Shown here one piece after another: positions 34,194 to 48,926 of a stretch of 64,000 nt of DNA. The stretch is taken from the NCBI RefSeq assembly GCF_963921235.1, contig NC_086108.1, positions 36,086,001 through 36,150,000 of the forward strand, read 5' to 3'. The DNA is from Mobula hypostoma. Taxonomy: Eukaryota. The notes beneath the pieces are model-generated. The model worked only from the letters and a program-made list of their open reading frames with translations, was not told the origin of the DNA and did not search any database. The translations under genes were made by a program, and so were the position numbers. How positions within the stretch are numbered: the stretch's first letter is position 1; the number at the start of each line of letters is the position of its first letter.

Positions 34194-34730
34194 ACACGAG
34201 AAAATCTGCAGATACTGGAAATTCAAGGAACACACACAAAATGCTGGTGGAACGCAGTAGGCCAGGCACCATCTATAGGAAGAAGTGCAGTCGACGTTTC
34301 GGGCCGAGACCCTTCGTCAGGACTAATTGAAAGAAGAGATAGTAAGAGATTTGAGAGTGGCAGGGGAGGGGGAGATCCAAGATGATAGGAGAAGACAAGA
34401 GGGGAGGGATGAAGCTAAGAACTGGAAAGTTGATTGGCAAGAGTGATACAGAGCTGCAGAAGGGGGAGGATCATGGGACGGGAGGCCTAGGGAGAAAGAA
34501 AGGGGGAAGGGAGCCCCGAGGAAGATGGAGAGCAGGAAAGGAGTGATTGTGAGAGGGACAGAGAGAGAAAAAAGAGAGAGGGGAGGAGGAGAATAATAAT
34601 AATAAATAAATAAATAAATAAATAAGGGACAGGGTAAGAAGGGGAGGAGGGGCATTAACAGAAGTTAGAGAAATCAATGTTCATGCCATCAGGTTGGAGG
34701 CTATCCAGATGGAATACAAGGTGATGCTCT
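34194..34730 (-). mobile_element. Penelope-like 3' part / pseudo-LTR
   Basis: Close match to 14715-15250 including the end of the GIY-YIG frame. Confidence 0.85.
34289..34324 (-). ncRNA. Minimal type-I hammerhead ribozyme motif, intact
   Basis: Minus strand AGTC-CTGACGA-AGGG TCTCGG CCC-GAAA-CGTC-GACT; all core bases and both stems intact. Confidence 0.8.
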
Positions 34731-35339
34731 TCTGCTTAACTGGTCCATGCCAACCAAGATGTCCATAAAGCCAGTTCCATTTGCTCACTTTTGATTCATA
34801 TCCTTATGGAACTTCCCTATTCACGTACCTGTCCAAATGTCCTTTAAAAGTTGCTGTTGTTCCTGCCTCAACCACTTCACCTGGAAGCTCAGTCCGTATA
34901 CAGAACTGTTTTTTTTTGATAAAGTTCTTCAAGTTGCTGAGCAATCTTCTCCCCCTCTCATTTTAAATCTATGCCTTCCAATTCTTGCACCCTCACCACT
35001 GGGGAAAAGACTTGAGTACATTCAGTCTATCCATGTCCCTCCAGCATTCCAGCATTTTTGTTTTTCTTAATTCAGATTCTACATCTGTCGCTTTATTTGC
35101 TTTCCAGCGACTTCAGCATCTCCTGAACGAGTAAAAGAGACAGGATGAGATCCCAGGGCAACATTCCCGAGAAGTGCGTGCATGCTGCCCAACCCGTCTC
35201 ATGCCCTGGACTAAACTATCACCCATACCAATTTTGATCACCTTTTTCCAAAATGTGGGATCTTGCTGTCTGCAAATGTTGTATGCCGTCTTTCCTGCAA
35301 TGACAGCGCTTGGTAAATAAATGTAGTTTGTTATCTGTA

Positions 35340-35880
<541 letters not shown>

Positions 35881-36646
35881 GTGGAGTTTCGGCAGCATGT
35901 GCAGGGCAATGTTGCTTGTGATGGAGATTGGCGATACTCTGGTCACTTCCACTAGCAACTACATCTAACAACGATGTATAATGTACCCATTCTTGGGTGC
36001 TCAATATGTAAGAGTTGGGAGAGAAAGGAGGAGAGAGATGTGTGTGTATGTAGGGATCTACTTGTGCCATATTGCACGGTGGTAACGCTGGAGGGAAATT
36101 GACACTTGTAGAACTACGCCAAAGTATTGACAAAGTGATTTCTTTGATCTGTAATGAACCAACGTTTGTTACACAAACTTTCCTTCACTTTTTCCTCAGT
36201 CAAAGTTGCTTCTGTAACTTTGATTTTTCTTATCAAAGTCTGACCTTTTAGAAACAAACACGAGTCTATCCTGCTGTTGCATTGTGTATTTTATTACCTA
36301 TCCGAGCAGGCTGTTGTGTTATCATCTGTGTTGTAAACCTCAAATGGGATTGAACTGTATTACTTTTTTGGAGGTTGCGTTCCACTTTAAGGGCTTATTG
36401 TTATCATTGGAAGGATAGTGTGTCTCACGTGTGTTGAAATGTGCAACTGACAAGATTGCTGCTGCTATGTTTGAGGAAAATGTTTGCATTTGACATTAGC
36501 AATTGTGGTGTAAAACAACTAAATTATTTTATGATATTTAGAAATATTTGTAATTTAAAAAAATTGTGAGTCAGGTGATTCAGACACTAAAAGTTTCCAA
36601 ATGGAAAGTTAAGCTCAGAATGGAAATGTCCCAAGTCTGAGTGGAG

Positions 36647-38816
36647 CAGGGGTCCCCAACCTCTTTTGCACTGTGGACCGGTTTAACATTGACAATATTC
36701 TTGCGGACTGGCCGACGGGGGTGGGGGGAGGATGTTAAACACGACTGGAACGTGGGTGATAAGTCAAAGTCAACTATAAGTTACTTATAAGTGGCTAATA
36801 CACTCAATTTCATTTCTAAAAGGGTTTATCTAATGAATTTATTATTAAACACAGTGTATATTTTCCTCGAGTGAATATAGTGATAAGTCAATTATAGGTC
36901 GCAGAGATATGATGTTGGAAATGGAAGCAACGTTGTCGGTGCTTTCATAGCTATCTCAGGATATTCAGCTTTGACTTTGATCCAGAATGCCGGCAGAGAT
37001 GTTATGTCAAACATACTTTTCGGCCCACCATCATTTGCAAGCTCAAGGAGTTGATATTCTTTCCGCGCTGACATGGATGATTCACTGGGGACATTCACAA
37101 ATGGGTCACAGATGGGCACATCTTGGGTCATTTGCGGTTGGGAAGTAATGCTCGAATTCAGTCGACAGCGAAGATAGGTGATTGCGCACCATCTGTGAGA
37201 AGGACGGTGCAGCCTCAGTCTGTCCAAAAATCGCAGCTAATGTTGGGAACGTGTCAAATATGCCCCTGTCCACTTGCCGTCCCCACAGTTCCAGTTTGGC
37301 TTTGAAAGCAGACACTTTATCTGCCAACTTGAAGACAGTTGTCATTCTCCCCTGAAGTGACAAATTGAGTTCATTGAGCAGGTCAAAGATGTCACACAGG
37401 TAAGTGAGTTTTGCTGTCCACTTCTCATCACTGAAGTGTGCTGCCAGTGGTGACTTTTTTCATGAAAGAAATCTCTGTAGCTGCTCTCTTAACTCAAAAA
37501 CCATGGCCAGGGCTCTCCCCCTTGATAGTCACCTGACTTCAGTGTGTAAGAGAAGGCGTTTCTGCTGTGCATCCATTTCCTCGCAAAGCTGCTCAAACAG
37601 ACGTGAGTGAAGGGCTTTTGCTTTGATATGATTGATAACTTCAACAACGTCACTCAGTATGCTGTTAAGATCAGGTGACGTTTATCGGCTAGCCAGCATT
37701 TCCCTGTGTCTGATACAGTGTGTAGACTGGCATTCAGGAGCAACCTTTGACTCGGGTAGTGAAACCAGACAGCCGTCCAGTCATAGCTGCAGCACCGCCT
37801 GTGCATATTCCAACACAGAATGACCAGTCCTGTTTACCTGACATTTAGTCATTCAAAGACTTGAATAGTTCTGTCCCAGTTGTGTTCTTTGGCAGCAGCA
37901 GTGCACACAACATATCCTCGTGCACATCGTCTTGAAATATATATCGTACATAAACCAGCAGTATTGCCTTGTTGTCGACATCGGTAGACTCGTCAACCTG
38001 GATAGCATACCATGGTGACTCGTTAAGCCGTTCCAACAGCTGTGCTTCAATGTCCTCCGCTATGTCATCGATTCTCCTTGAAACTGGTAGCTGAAAGAGA
38101 AACCTGTACCATCTCGTTCGCTGCAGCTTCTCCCAACAGTTCACGGCACATGTCCTTGGCAGCAGGCAGAATCAATTCTTCACCGACAGTGAAAGGCTCC
38201 TTAGCCTTTGCAATACAGCTAGCCACTAAGTACGACGCTCTCAGAGCAGCAGCATTTGTGGAGGTGGTGGCTCTCAGCACTTGCTTCTGTCCCGCTTGCT
38301 CACGTTTTTTCTGCTCAAAAAACTCAACGAGTTTGTCTTTAAGTGCAGGGTGCTTGGACTCAAGGTGCCGAAGCAGTTTTGAGGGCATTGCCTCATTAGA
38401 CTGCTTGTCTCCACATATCACACACAGGGGGCTTGAAGCGTGTGAGTCACCGGTCGCAATAAAGCCATATTTTATGTACAACTTGTATTTTCTGTTGAAG
38501 GAAGCTTTCTCTTTTTTTTTGCAGTCTCGGCCTCAGCTGTCTTTACGTTGTTATCATCATTAGGCCTTTTATGTTCCCTACCATCTCTTCCAAAGAAACT
38601 CTTAAGCAATGTTTGTTTTTTACTCATTGAGTAGTTGTAGGTTAATGACCGACTGATGACCTCGCATGGGTAATGACCTCATGTGCATTCAAGTTCAACA
38701 GTGGGCGTGACAGGGAATGAGGAGGGTGCGGCTGACTCATATCGTTTCCTCGCAGCCCAGTAGCACATGCTTTCTGGCCCAGTACCGGTCCGCTGCCTGG
38801 TGGTTGGGGACCACTG
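36647..38816 (-). mobile_element. hAT Charlie/Buster-type DNA transposon, decayed
   Basis: TIRs CAGGGGTCCCCAACC / GGTTGGGGACCACTG; TSD GAGTGGAG/GAGTAGAG; BED-like PLCVICG...KLLRHLESKH, AIQVDESTDV, LLPFPTSYLC. Confidence 0.93.
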
Positions 38817-39209
38817 GAGTAGAGCTTCTGATTGCATTGTGATAATTAAAAAAAAACAATAACATGGTGGGTGACTTGATATGAAAACAGAGCAAAGAGG
38901 TTTAGGCATTATTTTGTTACTTATCTAGAATCATGAGTAAATGACTGACATAAAGTGCTGCATGATTGAGAGGAAACTTGAGTCTCTGATCAATTCCTGG
39001 AATGTACATCCCCCTTGATTCTTGTCTTGGATGGATAGCAGTACACTCCTTTTCATAGATGCTGCCTGGCCTGCTGAGTTCCTGCAGCATTTTGTGTGGG
39101 TTGCTTTGGATTTCCAGCATCAGCAGAATCTTGTATTTATATGGTGTGTGTATGTGTGTGTATATGTACACACACACATACGCACGTACAACTGAGCTGT
39201 TCCTAAAAT

Positions 39210-40810
39210 GCTGAGTGTGTGTCTTCAGTCTCCTTTACTACCTCCTTGATAGTAGTGATGAGAAGAGGCCATATCCTGGGCATTGGGAGTCCGTAATGAT
39301 ACATGCCGCCTTCTGAAGGCATCCTCGATGCTGGGAAGGCGAGTGCTTGTGATGGAGCTGGCTGAGTTTGCAATTCCTACATCTTTTTAAGATCCTGTGC
39401 AGTGGTCCCTCCGTACCAGACAGTATTGCAACCAGTTAGAATGCTCTCCATGGTGCATCTGTAGAAGTTTGCTGGAATCTTTGGTGATATACCAAATCTC
39501 CTCAATCTCCTAATGAAACATTGCTGTTGTGCTTTCTTCATAATTGTATCGATGTGTTGGACTCTGGATAGATCTTCAGACATGTTGACACCCAGAAACT
39601 TACTCTTTCCACTGCTGATCCCTTGAAGAAGACTGGATCGTTTTCCCTTGACTACCCTTTCCTGAAGTCCATAATCAATTCTGTGGTCTTACTAATGTTG
39701 AGTACTAGGTTGTTATTGTGACACCACTTAACCAGCTGATCTATCTCACTCCTGTATGCTGCCTTGTCACCATCTGAGTTTCTCTCAACAATAGTTTTAT
39801 CATTGGCACAGATACATTATTACTGACATATAACATGAAACTTCTTTTGTGGCAAGAATACAGTGCAAAGATATAAAAATATAAAATTACCAAGATAAAT
39901 AGTACAAAAAAAGAGTAATGTAGTATTTCTGGACTGCTGTGAAATCTGATGGTGAAAGGGAAGAAGCTGTTCTGAAGTAATTGAGTATGGGTCTTCGTAC
40001 TAGATGAAGAGGGCCCTTTATGATGGACGATGTCTTCTTGAAGAATGGAGTTGCAGCATCAACCTTCCACTCAAGGTCAGTAAGACCGAAGAACTGATTG
40101 TGGACTTCAGAAAGGTTAAGATAAGGGAACACACACCAGTCCTCATTGAGGGATCAGAAGTGGGATGAGTGAGCAATTTCCCGGGTGTCATTACCTCTGA
40201 GGATTTAACATGGACCCAACATATTGATGCAGCTACAAAGAAGGCACATGGTGGTTATATTCATTGGGAGTTTGAGGAGATTTGGTATATCATCAAAGAC
40301 ACTTGTAAATTTCTATAGATGTACTGTGGAGAACATTCTAACTGGCTGCATCACCATCTTGTATGGGTGAGGGGGCTACTACACAGGATCAAAATAAGCT
40401 GCAGGGAGTTGTAAACTTAGCTCCATCGTGGGCACTAGCCTCCATGATATCCAGGACACCTGTAAGGAGAGATGCTTCAAAAAGGCGGCATCCATCATCG
40501 AGGAACCCCATCACCTAGTTTCTTTCAACTGTTATGTATCGCATCATACTGCTGCCTAAAAGACAACAAATTTCACGATATATGTCGGTGATATTAAACC
40601 TGATTCTGATTCTGAGAGGTCCCCGATGGTGGGGAGGATCATGTTCATGATGTAGCTGGCTGAGTATATAACTCTTTGCAGCCTCTTGTGATCTTGTGCA
40701 GTGGATACTCCATACCAGGCTGTTATGCAGCCTGTCAGAATGCTCTCCACTGTACACATCTGTAGAAATCTGTAAGAGTCTTTGACATACCAAATCTCTT
40801 CAAACTCCTA
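39210..40810. mobile_element. Cluster of Rex1/Babar-type LINE fragments in both orientations
   Basis: Repeated FYRCTMESILTGC-type C-terminal motifs (39377-39583 minus, about 40050-40510 plus, 40556-40759 minus). Confidence 0.7.
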
Positions 40811-40814
40811 ATTT

Positions 40815-43800
40815 CATTTTAAGATGGCTCCATGTACTACGGCCGTGTTGCGAGCTCCGTTCCAAATCTACAGTGTACTACTAATTTCTACAATTTTCCA
40901 AGCATTTTCTGTTCAAGTAGCTGATAGTCACATCAGATACGATAGACTGACCCTTCTGAACATCGGAAAGATGGCATTTACCCACTATGTGCCACCTTTC
41001 CTATACTGGGAGCCCCTGCTTGCGCGATCCATAGGAGACTCATCTCTTACACCGCCACTACCTTGGAAGAAGTGCTGGAGGCGAGGGAGAAGGGCCAGCA
41101 TCCTGGTGAGGCTGAGATGGTGTGCAAATCGGCTGCCACTTCCTAGCATACTCCTGGCTAACGTTCAGTCCCTGGACAACAAGTTGTGCGAATTGAGAGC
41201 CAGAATCTCCTACCAGTGGGAAACAAAGGAATGTAACGTTTTGTGCTTCGTGGAGGCCTGGCTGACAGAGGAGATATTGAACTCACGCGTTCTCCCTGTT
41301 CTGGGTGGACAGGTCAAAAAACCTCTCTGGGAAGAGTGCAACACTGAGCGTCATAGGAAGTCATCCCTGCCTGTGGCCATCAAACTTTACAACTCCTCCC
41401 TTGGAGGGTCAGACACCCTGAGCCAATAGGCTGGTCCTGGATGTATTTGCTGGCATAATTTACATATTACTATTTAATTATTTATGGTGCAACTGTAACG
41501 AAAACCAGTTTCCCTCGGGATCAATAAAGTATGACTAAAGGAGGAGGAGTATGCTTCATGGCATGCTCTTAAATCCTTTCGTTACCCTGACTGAGAATAC
41601 CTGGTGCTGCTGTGCAGACCCTACTGGCTGCCTAGGGAGTTCACGGCTGTTATCACAGCAGTGTACATTCTGCCTCAGTCTGATACTGACCTGCTCTCAA
41701 GGAACTGTACGAGACCATCAGCATGCTGGAGACTGCACACCCGAAGGCTGCCTTCACCGTCGCTGATGAAAGTCTCTCTGAAAATTTGTCAGCACATCCA
41801 GGTGAGCACTCGTGGAGATAAGACACGTGACCACTTACACCCACTTCTGCAATGCATACAAAGCTCTCCTTCACCCCGCTTTTGGAAAATCAAATCACTC
41901 TTCGATCCTGCTTTTGCTGACATACAGGCAGAAGCTCAGACAAGAGGCGACCATAGTTAAAACCATCCACTGTTGGACTGACCAGTCAGTCTCGATGCTG
42001 CAGGACTGCTTCAATGATGTCAACTGGAATGTCTTCCATGATGAAGATGTCTCCAAGTTCATGGATGGAGTCGCGTGCTTCATCTAGAAGAACATGGACA
42101 ATATTGTTCCCCAGAAGTCGGTCAGGGTCTTCCTGAACCAGAAACCTTGGATCAGTAGTTCTGTGTGAGCAGCAATTCCGCGTGACATAGAGTTTACGCT
42201 GCTAGCAATCAACAGGAGCTCAAGAAAAGCAGCTACGATCTGCGCAAAGCTATCAAGACTGCGAAACAATAATATAGGGAGAAGATTGAGTCATGATTCA
42301 TGACAAATAGCACACATGACTTGTGGCAAGGGCTGCATACCATCGCTGAGTTCAAAGCCAGACGTAGTGGTGCCAACATCGCGGCCTCTCTCCCAGAAGA
42401 GCTCAATTGCTTTTACGTTTGGTTCGATGTCGCGAACTCTGAACCTCCAAGGAAAACCACTGCTACAACCTGCAACCTGGACATCTCTGAGGCTGAGTTA
42501 TGCAGATGTTTCCAATGAGTGGACAGTCACAAGGCTGTGGGACTAGATGGCATCACAAGGCGAGTACTCAAGATGTGTGCAGCACAACTGGCATTTTACT
42601 GACATTTTTAATCTCTCCCTGTCCCAGTGTAGAATGCCCTCCTGCTTCAAATTATCCACCAACGTCCCTGTACCAAAAAAGACCAAGGTAACATGCCTGA
42701 ATGACTGGTGTCCTGTCACACTCACCTCAATAATAAGCAAATGCTTTGAGAGGCTGGTCAAGGATTATATCTGCAGCATGCTACCACCCGAACTGGACCC
42801 TCTACAATTCCCCTACCGACACAACCGATCAACAGACGACGCAATAGCCGCTGCTCTGCGTACCGTCCTTGCACAGCTGGAGAAAAGGATGCTTATGTGA
42901 GAACGCTGTTCTTGGACTACAGTTCAGCATTCAACACCATAATTCCATCCAGGCTCAACAGGAAGCTCAGAGACCTCTGCCTTGACCTTGCCTTGTGCAG
43001 CTGGATTCTAAACTTCCTGTCAGATCGGCAGCAGGTTGTAAGAGTGGGCTCCCTCACCTCCAACTCTCTGACTCTCAATACAAGAGCCCCTCAGGGCTGT
43101 GTACGAAGTCCCCTCCTTTTGTCCCTGTATACCCCTGACTATGTCACAGCTCTAATCTGCTCACTAAATTTGCTGACAACACTACTTTGCTTTTCCTAAT
43201 CTCAAACAATAATGAAGTAGCCTACAGGGAAGAAGTCATCTCTCTAACATAGTGGTGTCCAGAAAACAACCTCTCCCTAAATGTCGCAGAAACAAAAGAG
43301 CTGGTTGTGGATTATAGGAGGAATGGATACAGGCTAACCCCTATTGACATCAATGGATCTGGGGTTGAGGAGGTAAACAGCTTTAAGATCCTCGGCATCC
43401 ACATCACAGAGGACCTCACGTGGTCTGTACATACCAGTTGTGTGATGAAAAAAGCACAACAATGCCTCTTTCACCTCAGACAGTTGAGGAAATTTAGTAT
43501 AGTCCCCTAAATCCTAAGAATTTTCAACAGGGGCACAGTTGAGAGCATCCTGACTGGCTGCATTATTGCCTGGTATGGGAACTGTACCTCCCTTAATCTC
43601 AGGATTCTGCATAGCCTGGTGCGGACAGCCCAGTTCATCTGTAGTTGTGAACTTCCATGATTAAGAACATTTACAAAGACAGGTGTATAAAAAGGGCCCG
43701 AAGGATCATTGGGGACCTGAGTCACCCCAATCACAATCTATTCCAGCTGCTACCATCCGGGAAACGGTACCGCAGCATAAAAGCCAGGACGGCTCTGGGA

Positions 43801-43978
43801 CAGCTTCTTCCACCAGACTGATTAACTCACGCTGATTTGATTGTATTTCTATGTTACATTGACTGTTCTATTTATTATAAATTACTATGATTGCACATTG
43901 AACATTTAGACGGTGAGGTAACGTAAAGATTTTTACTCATGTATATGAAGGATGTAAGAAATAAAGGCAATTCAATAA
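40815..43978 (+). mobile_element. Near full-length Rex1/Babar-type LINE, decayed
   Basis: RYDRLTLL...RRGRRASILVRLR...LPSILLANVQSLDNK (APE endonuclease), [37 protein letters not shown]; tail AATAAAGGCAATTCAAT. Confidence 0.9.
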
Positions 43979-44004
43979 TGAAATAGAGCCACTGGCATGC
44001 CTTG

Positions 44005-44190
44005 CTGGCTGGTGGTGTAGTGGCATCAGCACCTGACTTCGAGGCAAATGGTCCCAAGTTCGAATCCTGCTAGCTGCTTGCACACTTTCCATCCATGCTG
44101 GGGTGAACGAGGAGCTAGCAACTTGACTTTGTTTAAAAAAAAGTCAAATGCTACAGAAGCGGCAAACATGACACCCGATGCACCACAAGG
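44005..44190 (+). mobile_element. tRNA-derived SINE
   Basis: A box TGGTGTAGTGG (44013-44023) and B box GTTCGAATCC (44058-44067) followed by a non-tRNA body. Confidence 0.65.
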
Positions 44191-45410
44191 GTGGCAAGTT
44201 GATGGAAAAGATCCTGAGAGACAGGAGTTATGAACATTTGGAGAGGCATAATATGATTAGGAATAATCAACATGACCTTGTCAATGGCAGGTCGTGCCTT
44301 ATGAGCCTGATTGAATTTTTTGAGGATGTGACTAAATACATTGATGAAGGTAGAGCAGTAGATGTAGTGTATATGGATTTCAGCAAGGCATTTGATAAGG
44401 TACCCCATGCAAGACTTATTGAGAAAGTAAGGAAGCATGGGATCTAAGGGGACATTGCTTTGTGGATCCAGAATTGGCTTGATCACAGAAGGCAAAGAGT
44501 GGTTGTAGACAGGTCATATTCTTCATGGAGGTTAGTGACAAGTGGTGTGCCTCAGGGATCTGTTCTGGAACCCCTTCTCTTCATGATTTTTATAAATGAC
44601 CTGGATGAGGAAGTGGAGGCATGGATTAGTAAATTTCCTGATGATTCAAAGGTTGGGGAGTGTTGTAGATAGTGCGGAGGGCTGTCTGAGGTTACGGTGG
44701 GACATTAATAGGATGCAAAACTGAGCTGAGAAGTGGCAGATGGAGTTCAACCCAGGTAAGTATGAGGTGATTCATTCTGTCGTTAAGAAGCCATATGGTG
44801 CATTGGCCTTCATCAACCGTGGGATTGAATTTAAGAGCCAAGAGGTAATGTTACAGCTATATAGGACCCTGGTCAGACCCAGTTTGGAGTACTGTGCTCA
44901 GTTCTGGTCACCATACTACAGGAAGGATTTGGAAACTATAGAAGGGTGCAGAGGAGATTTACAAGGATGTTGCCTGGATGGGGGAGGATGCCTTATGAGA
45001 ATAGGTTGAGTGAACTCAGCATTTTCTCTTTGGAGCTGCGGAGAATGAGAGGTGACCTGCTAAGATGATGAAAGGCCTTGCTTATGTGGATAGTCAGAGG
45101 GTTTTTTCCCCAGGGCTGAAATGGCTAACATGAAAGGGCACAGTTTTAAGGTGCTTGAAAGTGGTACAGAGGAGATGTCAGAGGTAAGTTTTTTACGCAG
45201 AGAGTGGTGAGTGCGTGGAATGGGCTGCCGGCGACGGTGGTGGAGGCCGATACGAAAGGGTCTTTTAAGAGATTGCTGAATAGGTACCTAGGGCTTAGAA
45301 AAATTGAGGGCTGTGGGTAGCTTTAGGTAATTTCTAAGTAAGTACATGTTCAGTACAGCATTGTGGGCTGAAGGGCCTGTATTGTGCTGTAGGTTTTCTA
45401 TGTTTCTATG
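44190..45410 (+). mobile_element. CR1 LINE 3' part
   Basis: [26 protein letters not shown]; tail TTCTATGTTTCTATG. Confidence 0.88.
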
Positions 45411-45769
45411 ATAAAGGAACAGCAACTGGCATGTCTTAGTGATTGAATTGATGTGTTGTACCCTGGACAGTTCTTCTGACATGTTAACACACACAAAGCT
45501 ATTTATAATTCATTTCTAGTACTTGGCCCATTACCTTTTATGCCCCATTGTGAGAGCACCTTCATCCGGTACCTCAGACTGCATTTTCAAATTTTAATGA
45601 CCCTGTGGGTGGAAAAATTCTCCCTCAAATTCTTTGTAAATTTCCTAATCTTTATTGTAAAGCAGTGTCTCTGGGTTATGAACACCTTTGCCAAAAGAAA
45701 AGAAAGGGTTCTCGCTATCTAAACTACCTATTTCTCACATACATCAGCTAGGTTCCTCCATAATTCATT

Positions 45770-46435
45770 GAAACTGGCATCATAATTAGACAGGGTCATT
45801 GAGAAAGCTTTTGGTACATTGGCCTTCATAAATCAAAGTATTGAGTACAGGAGTTGGGATGTTATGTTGAAATTGTATAAGACATTGGTAAGGCCTAATT
45901 TGGAGTATAGTGTGCTGGTTTGTTCACTTACCTACAGGAAAGTAGTCACTAAGATTGGAAGAGTGCAGAGAAAATTTAGAAGGATATTGCAAGACTTGAG
46001 GACCTGAGTTATAGGAAAAGGCTGAATAGGTTAGGATTTTATTCCTATGAGCATGGAAGAATAAGGAGAGATTTGATAGAGGTATACAAAACCATGAGAG
46101 ATATCGATAGGGTAAATACAAGCAGGCTTTTTCCACTGAAGTTGGTTGAGACTAGAACTAGAGGTCATGGTTCAAGCATGAAAGGTAAAGTATTTAATTG
46201 GAACATGAGGGGGAACTTGTTCACTCAGAGGGCGGCAAGAGTGTGAAATGAGCTGTCAGCACAAGTGATGGATGCAGGTTTGATTTCATCATTTAAAAGA
46301 AATTTGGATAGGTATATGAGTGGGAGGAGTATGGAGGGCTATGGTCCGGGTGCAGGTCAGTGGGACTGGGCAGATTATTATTTCAGCACAGACTGGATGA
46401 GCCTATTTCTGTGCTGTAGTAGTCTGTGGCTATGA
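45770..46435 (+). mobile_element. CR1 LINE 3' fragment
   Basis: LYKTLVRPNLEY motif and CR1-type tail. Confidence 0.8.
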
Positions 46436-46524
46436 CTGAGTCTGCTCTGTATTTGAATAAGGCTGATTTATGATTCCTTCTCAACCCCATTTTCCTGGTT
46501 TTCCCCCATAAGCTTTGGCACCAA

Positions 46525-47100
46525 TGTGCCCAAAAATCTTGTGCTGTACAATTTTTTGCCCAGTGACAACAACATGTGCGTACTGAATTTTATAAATAGA
46601 GCTATTCATTTTAACAGCTAGCAAAACACTGAATAAGAACTTTGATCTCCGCTGGGTTTGATTATTTTCACTCCCATTCATCTGTACTCTCACAAAGCAT
46701 ATGCAGCAGGGCTGTAGCGGGTAATGTAGGGTTTTCTTGCTGGAGCTTTTGCACACTGTCCATATGTGATTTGCTTGCTAAATGACGCTTTAAAAAGTCA
46801 AGTTTCCAAATACCATCCGCTTCTTTCCACTTGCAAAGTCTCCAGCAGCTTTTGCATCGTAACAAAACATGCAGGTAACACCAGTTTCTGTAGTGTACAT
46901 AAATACTTGTTGTAGCTGTATATTCCTGATCTCATCAGCTTTCGTTGTAGCAGTTTCTACTGTTTCATTAAACCATTCTGCTTTAAATAAATCAGCAGTT
47001 CTTCTGCACTTCACATCCTTTGCTTCTTTGGAATTCATTGGTCTTTTTGACCTTCCTTTGAAGGAATATTGTCCTTGAAGTTTCACGGGTTAATATTTGA
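46525..47100 (-). mobile_element. Probable DNA-transposon (hAT-like) N-terminal remnant
   Basis: Frameshifted CMFC...FASGKK / WKLDFLKRHLASKSH zinc-finger-like segment; no TIR or TSD identified. Confidence 0.5.
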
Positions 47101-47749
47101 ATGTCTCCATACAGTTACTCAAAGGAGGAACTCATTGGATCAAGCAGAATCTGTGGAGTTCAAGGACAGGTTGACATCTTAGTTGAGACCCTGCATTGAC
47201 CCAAAATAACAAGTATCCTATTGTCTCCACGGATGCTGCTTGATTTGCTGTGTTCCTCCAGCAGTTTGTTTTTTTTTTGCTCCAGATTCCAGTATATACA
47301 GCCTGTCTAGTTCTGAATGGTTATATATAGATTTCTCTAGAAATAGCTGTTCCTGGTCCACTTTTGCCAGGTGCCGTCTTATCATATTGAATTTTGCCTT
47401 TTCCCCCCATGAGTAAGAATTCGTCTCTATACCCTTCGACTCTAAGGAAATCCCAATCAATATTTGGGAAATTGAAATACCCTGCTCCTGTAACACTATT
47501 ATTTTTACACTTCACTGTGTTTTGTATGTAGAGTATATTTGTTTTTCTGTTCTCTTAGGGATCTGTGGAACATCCCAACCTAACTGATAATTTTTTTTCA
47601 TTCTAAACTCTATATGCACTCATTCAAGAAACTTCTAGGATTTTGTACGTACTGTATTGGAAAAAGCAATCTGCTGGAAACTCAACAGATCAATCAGCAT
47701 CTGGTGTTGGGGGTGGTGGAGAGTGGTGTTGTGGAAAGAAATTCAACAT

Positions 47750-48590
47750 CTCTCTGGAACGATCCATTGTCCTTCAGTTTTCAAGGCAGCAACTATCATT
47801 CCATTGCCAAAGAAGGCGACAGTAACTTGCCTAGAAGACTAATGTCCGGTGGCATTAACATCAACCACTATGGAATACTTAGAGCAGCTGGTTATGGAGC
47901 ACATTAAAGCCTTTCTCACGGCTACACTGGACTCTTTCCAGTTCGCTTTTTAGTCAAATCGATCCATTGAAGATGCAATAGCCTCTGCCTTCAATCCTGT
48001 CCTATCCCACCTGGAAAGTGGGGTCTCATGTGCTAGACTGCTGTTTATAGACTTAATTTTGGCATTCAAGACCATCACACCCAAGAAACTGGTGGGTCTC
48101 AGCACATCTCTCTGCAATTGGATACTGGACTTCTTATCAGTAAGGCCACAGTCAGTACGTGTGGGCAACAATATCTCTCGTTCCATTACACTGGGCATTG
48201 GCGCTCCCCAAGGCTGTGTGCTCAGCCTGCTGCTGTTCACACTGTTGACACATGACTGTGTTGCAGGATCCAGCTCAAACTGTGTCATCAAGTTTGCAGA
48301 TGACACAACACTGGCTGACCTTATCAAGAATGATGACGAGATGGCGTATAGAGAGGAAGAGGAGCGGCTGGTGGATTGGTGTGAGAAGAACAATCTAAGC
48401 CTGAAAGTGGAGAAGACAAAGGAAATCATTGTGGAATTCAAGAAGGTCCAGACAAACCATTCCCCTCTGCAAATACATGGCTCCCCCTTAGAGAGGGTTA
48501 ATTGCAGGGATTTCCTGGATTTAACGTTATGGATGACGTCACCTGGTCCCTTAATATCACCTCTCTGAAAAAGAAGGCACAGCATGTATG
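47750..48590 (+). mobile_element. Rex1/Babar-type LINE RT fragment
   Basis: GAPQGCVLSLLLFTL and IKFADDTTL. Confidence 0.82.
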
Positions 48591-48926
48591 GTGCTTTGTG
48601 ATACTCATGATGTCCCAAGTGGTTTAGAAGCAGATTAATGAGTATAGTTGCTTTGTTATGACTGTAAGCTACAATTATTCCTGCCTATATATTGCTTACA
48701 TTAAAAAAATACTCCAGTTCGGAATTACTATTCAATAATGCAATTCCATACATTATAATTGTTGGAAAAACTGAAGTATGAAGTGTTAAAGATGGTGCAA
48801 TGTGCTTGCTTAACAAATCAGATATTTACAAGTAACTGCTCATGATTTTACATTGGAATCCAAAACAAATTTGCACAGGATCTTGTATTACCTTTTATTA
48901 AGAATTTGAGATACTTTAGACAACAT

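Noticed and set aside
36647..38816. Domesticated ZBED5/SCAND3-like gene
   Set aside because: Frameshifted, with TIRs and TSD still present; it is a decayed transposon.
44005..44075. tRNA gene
   Set aside because: A and B boxes are present but there is no complete cloverleaf and it continues into a SINE body.
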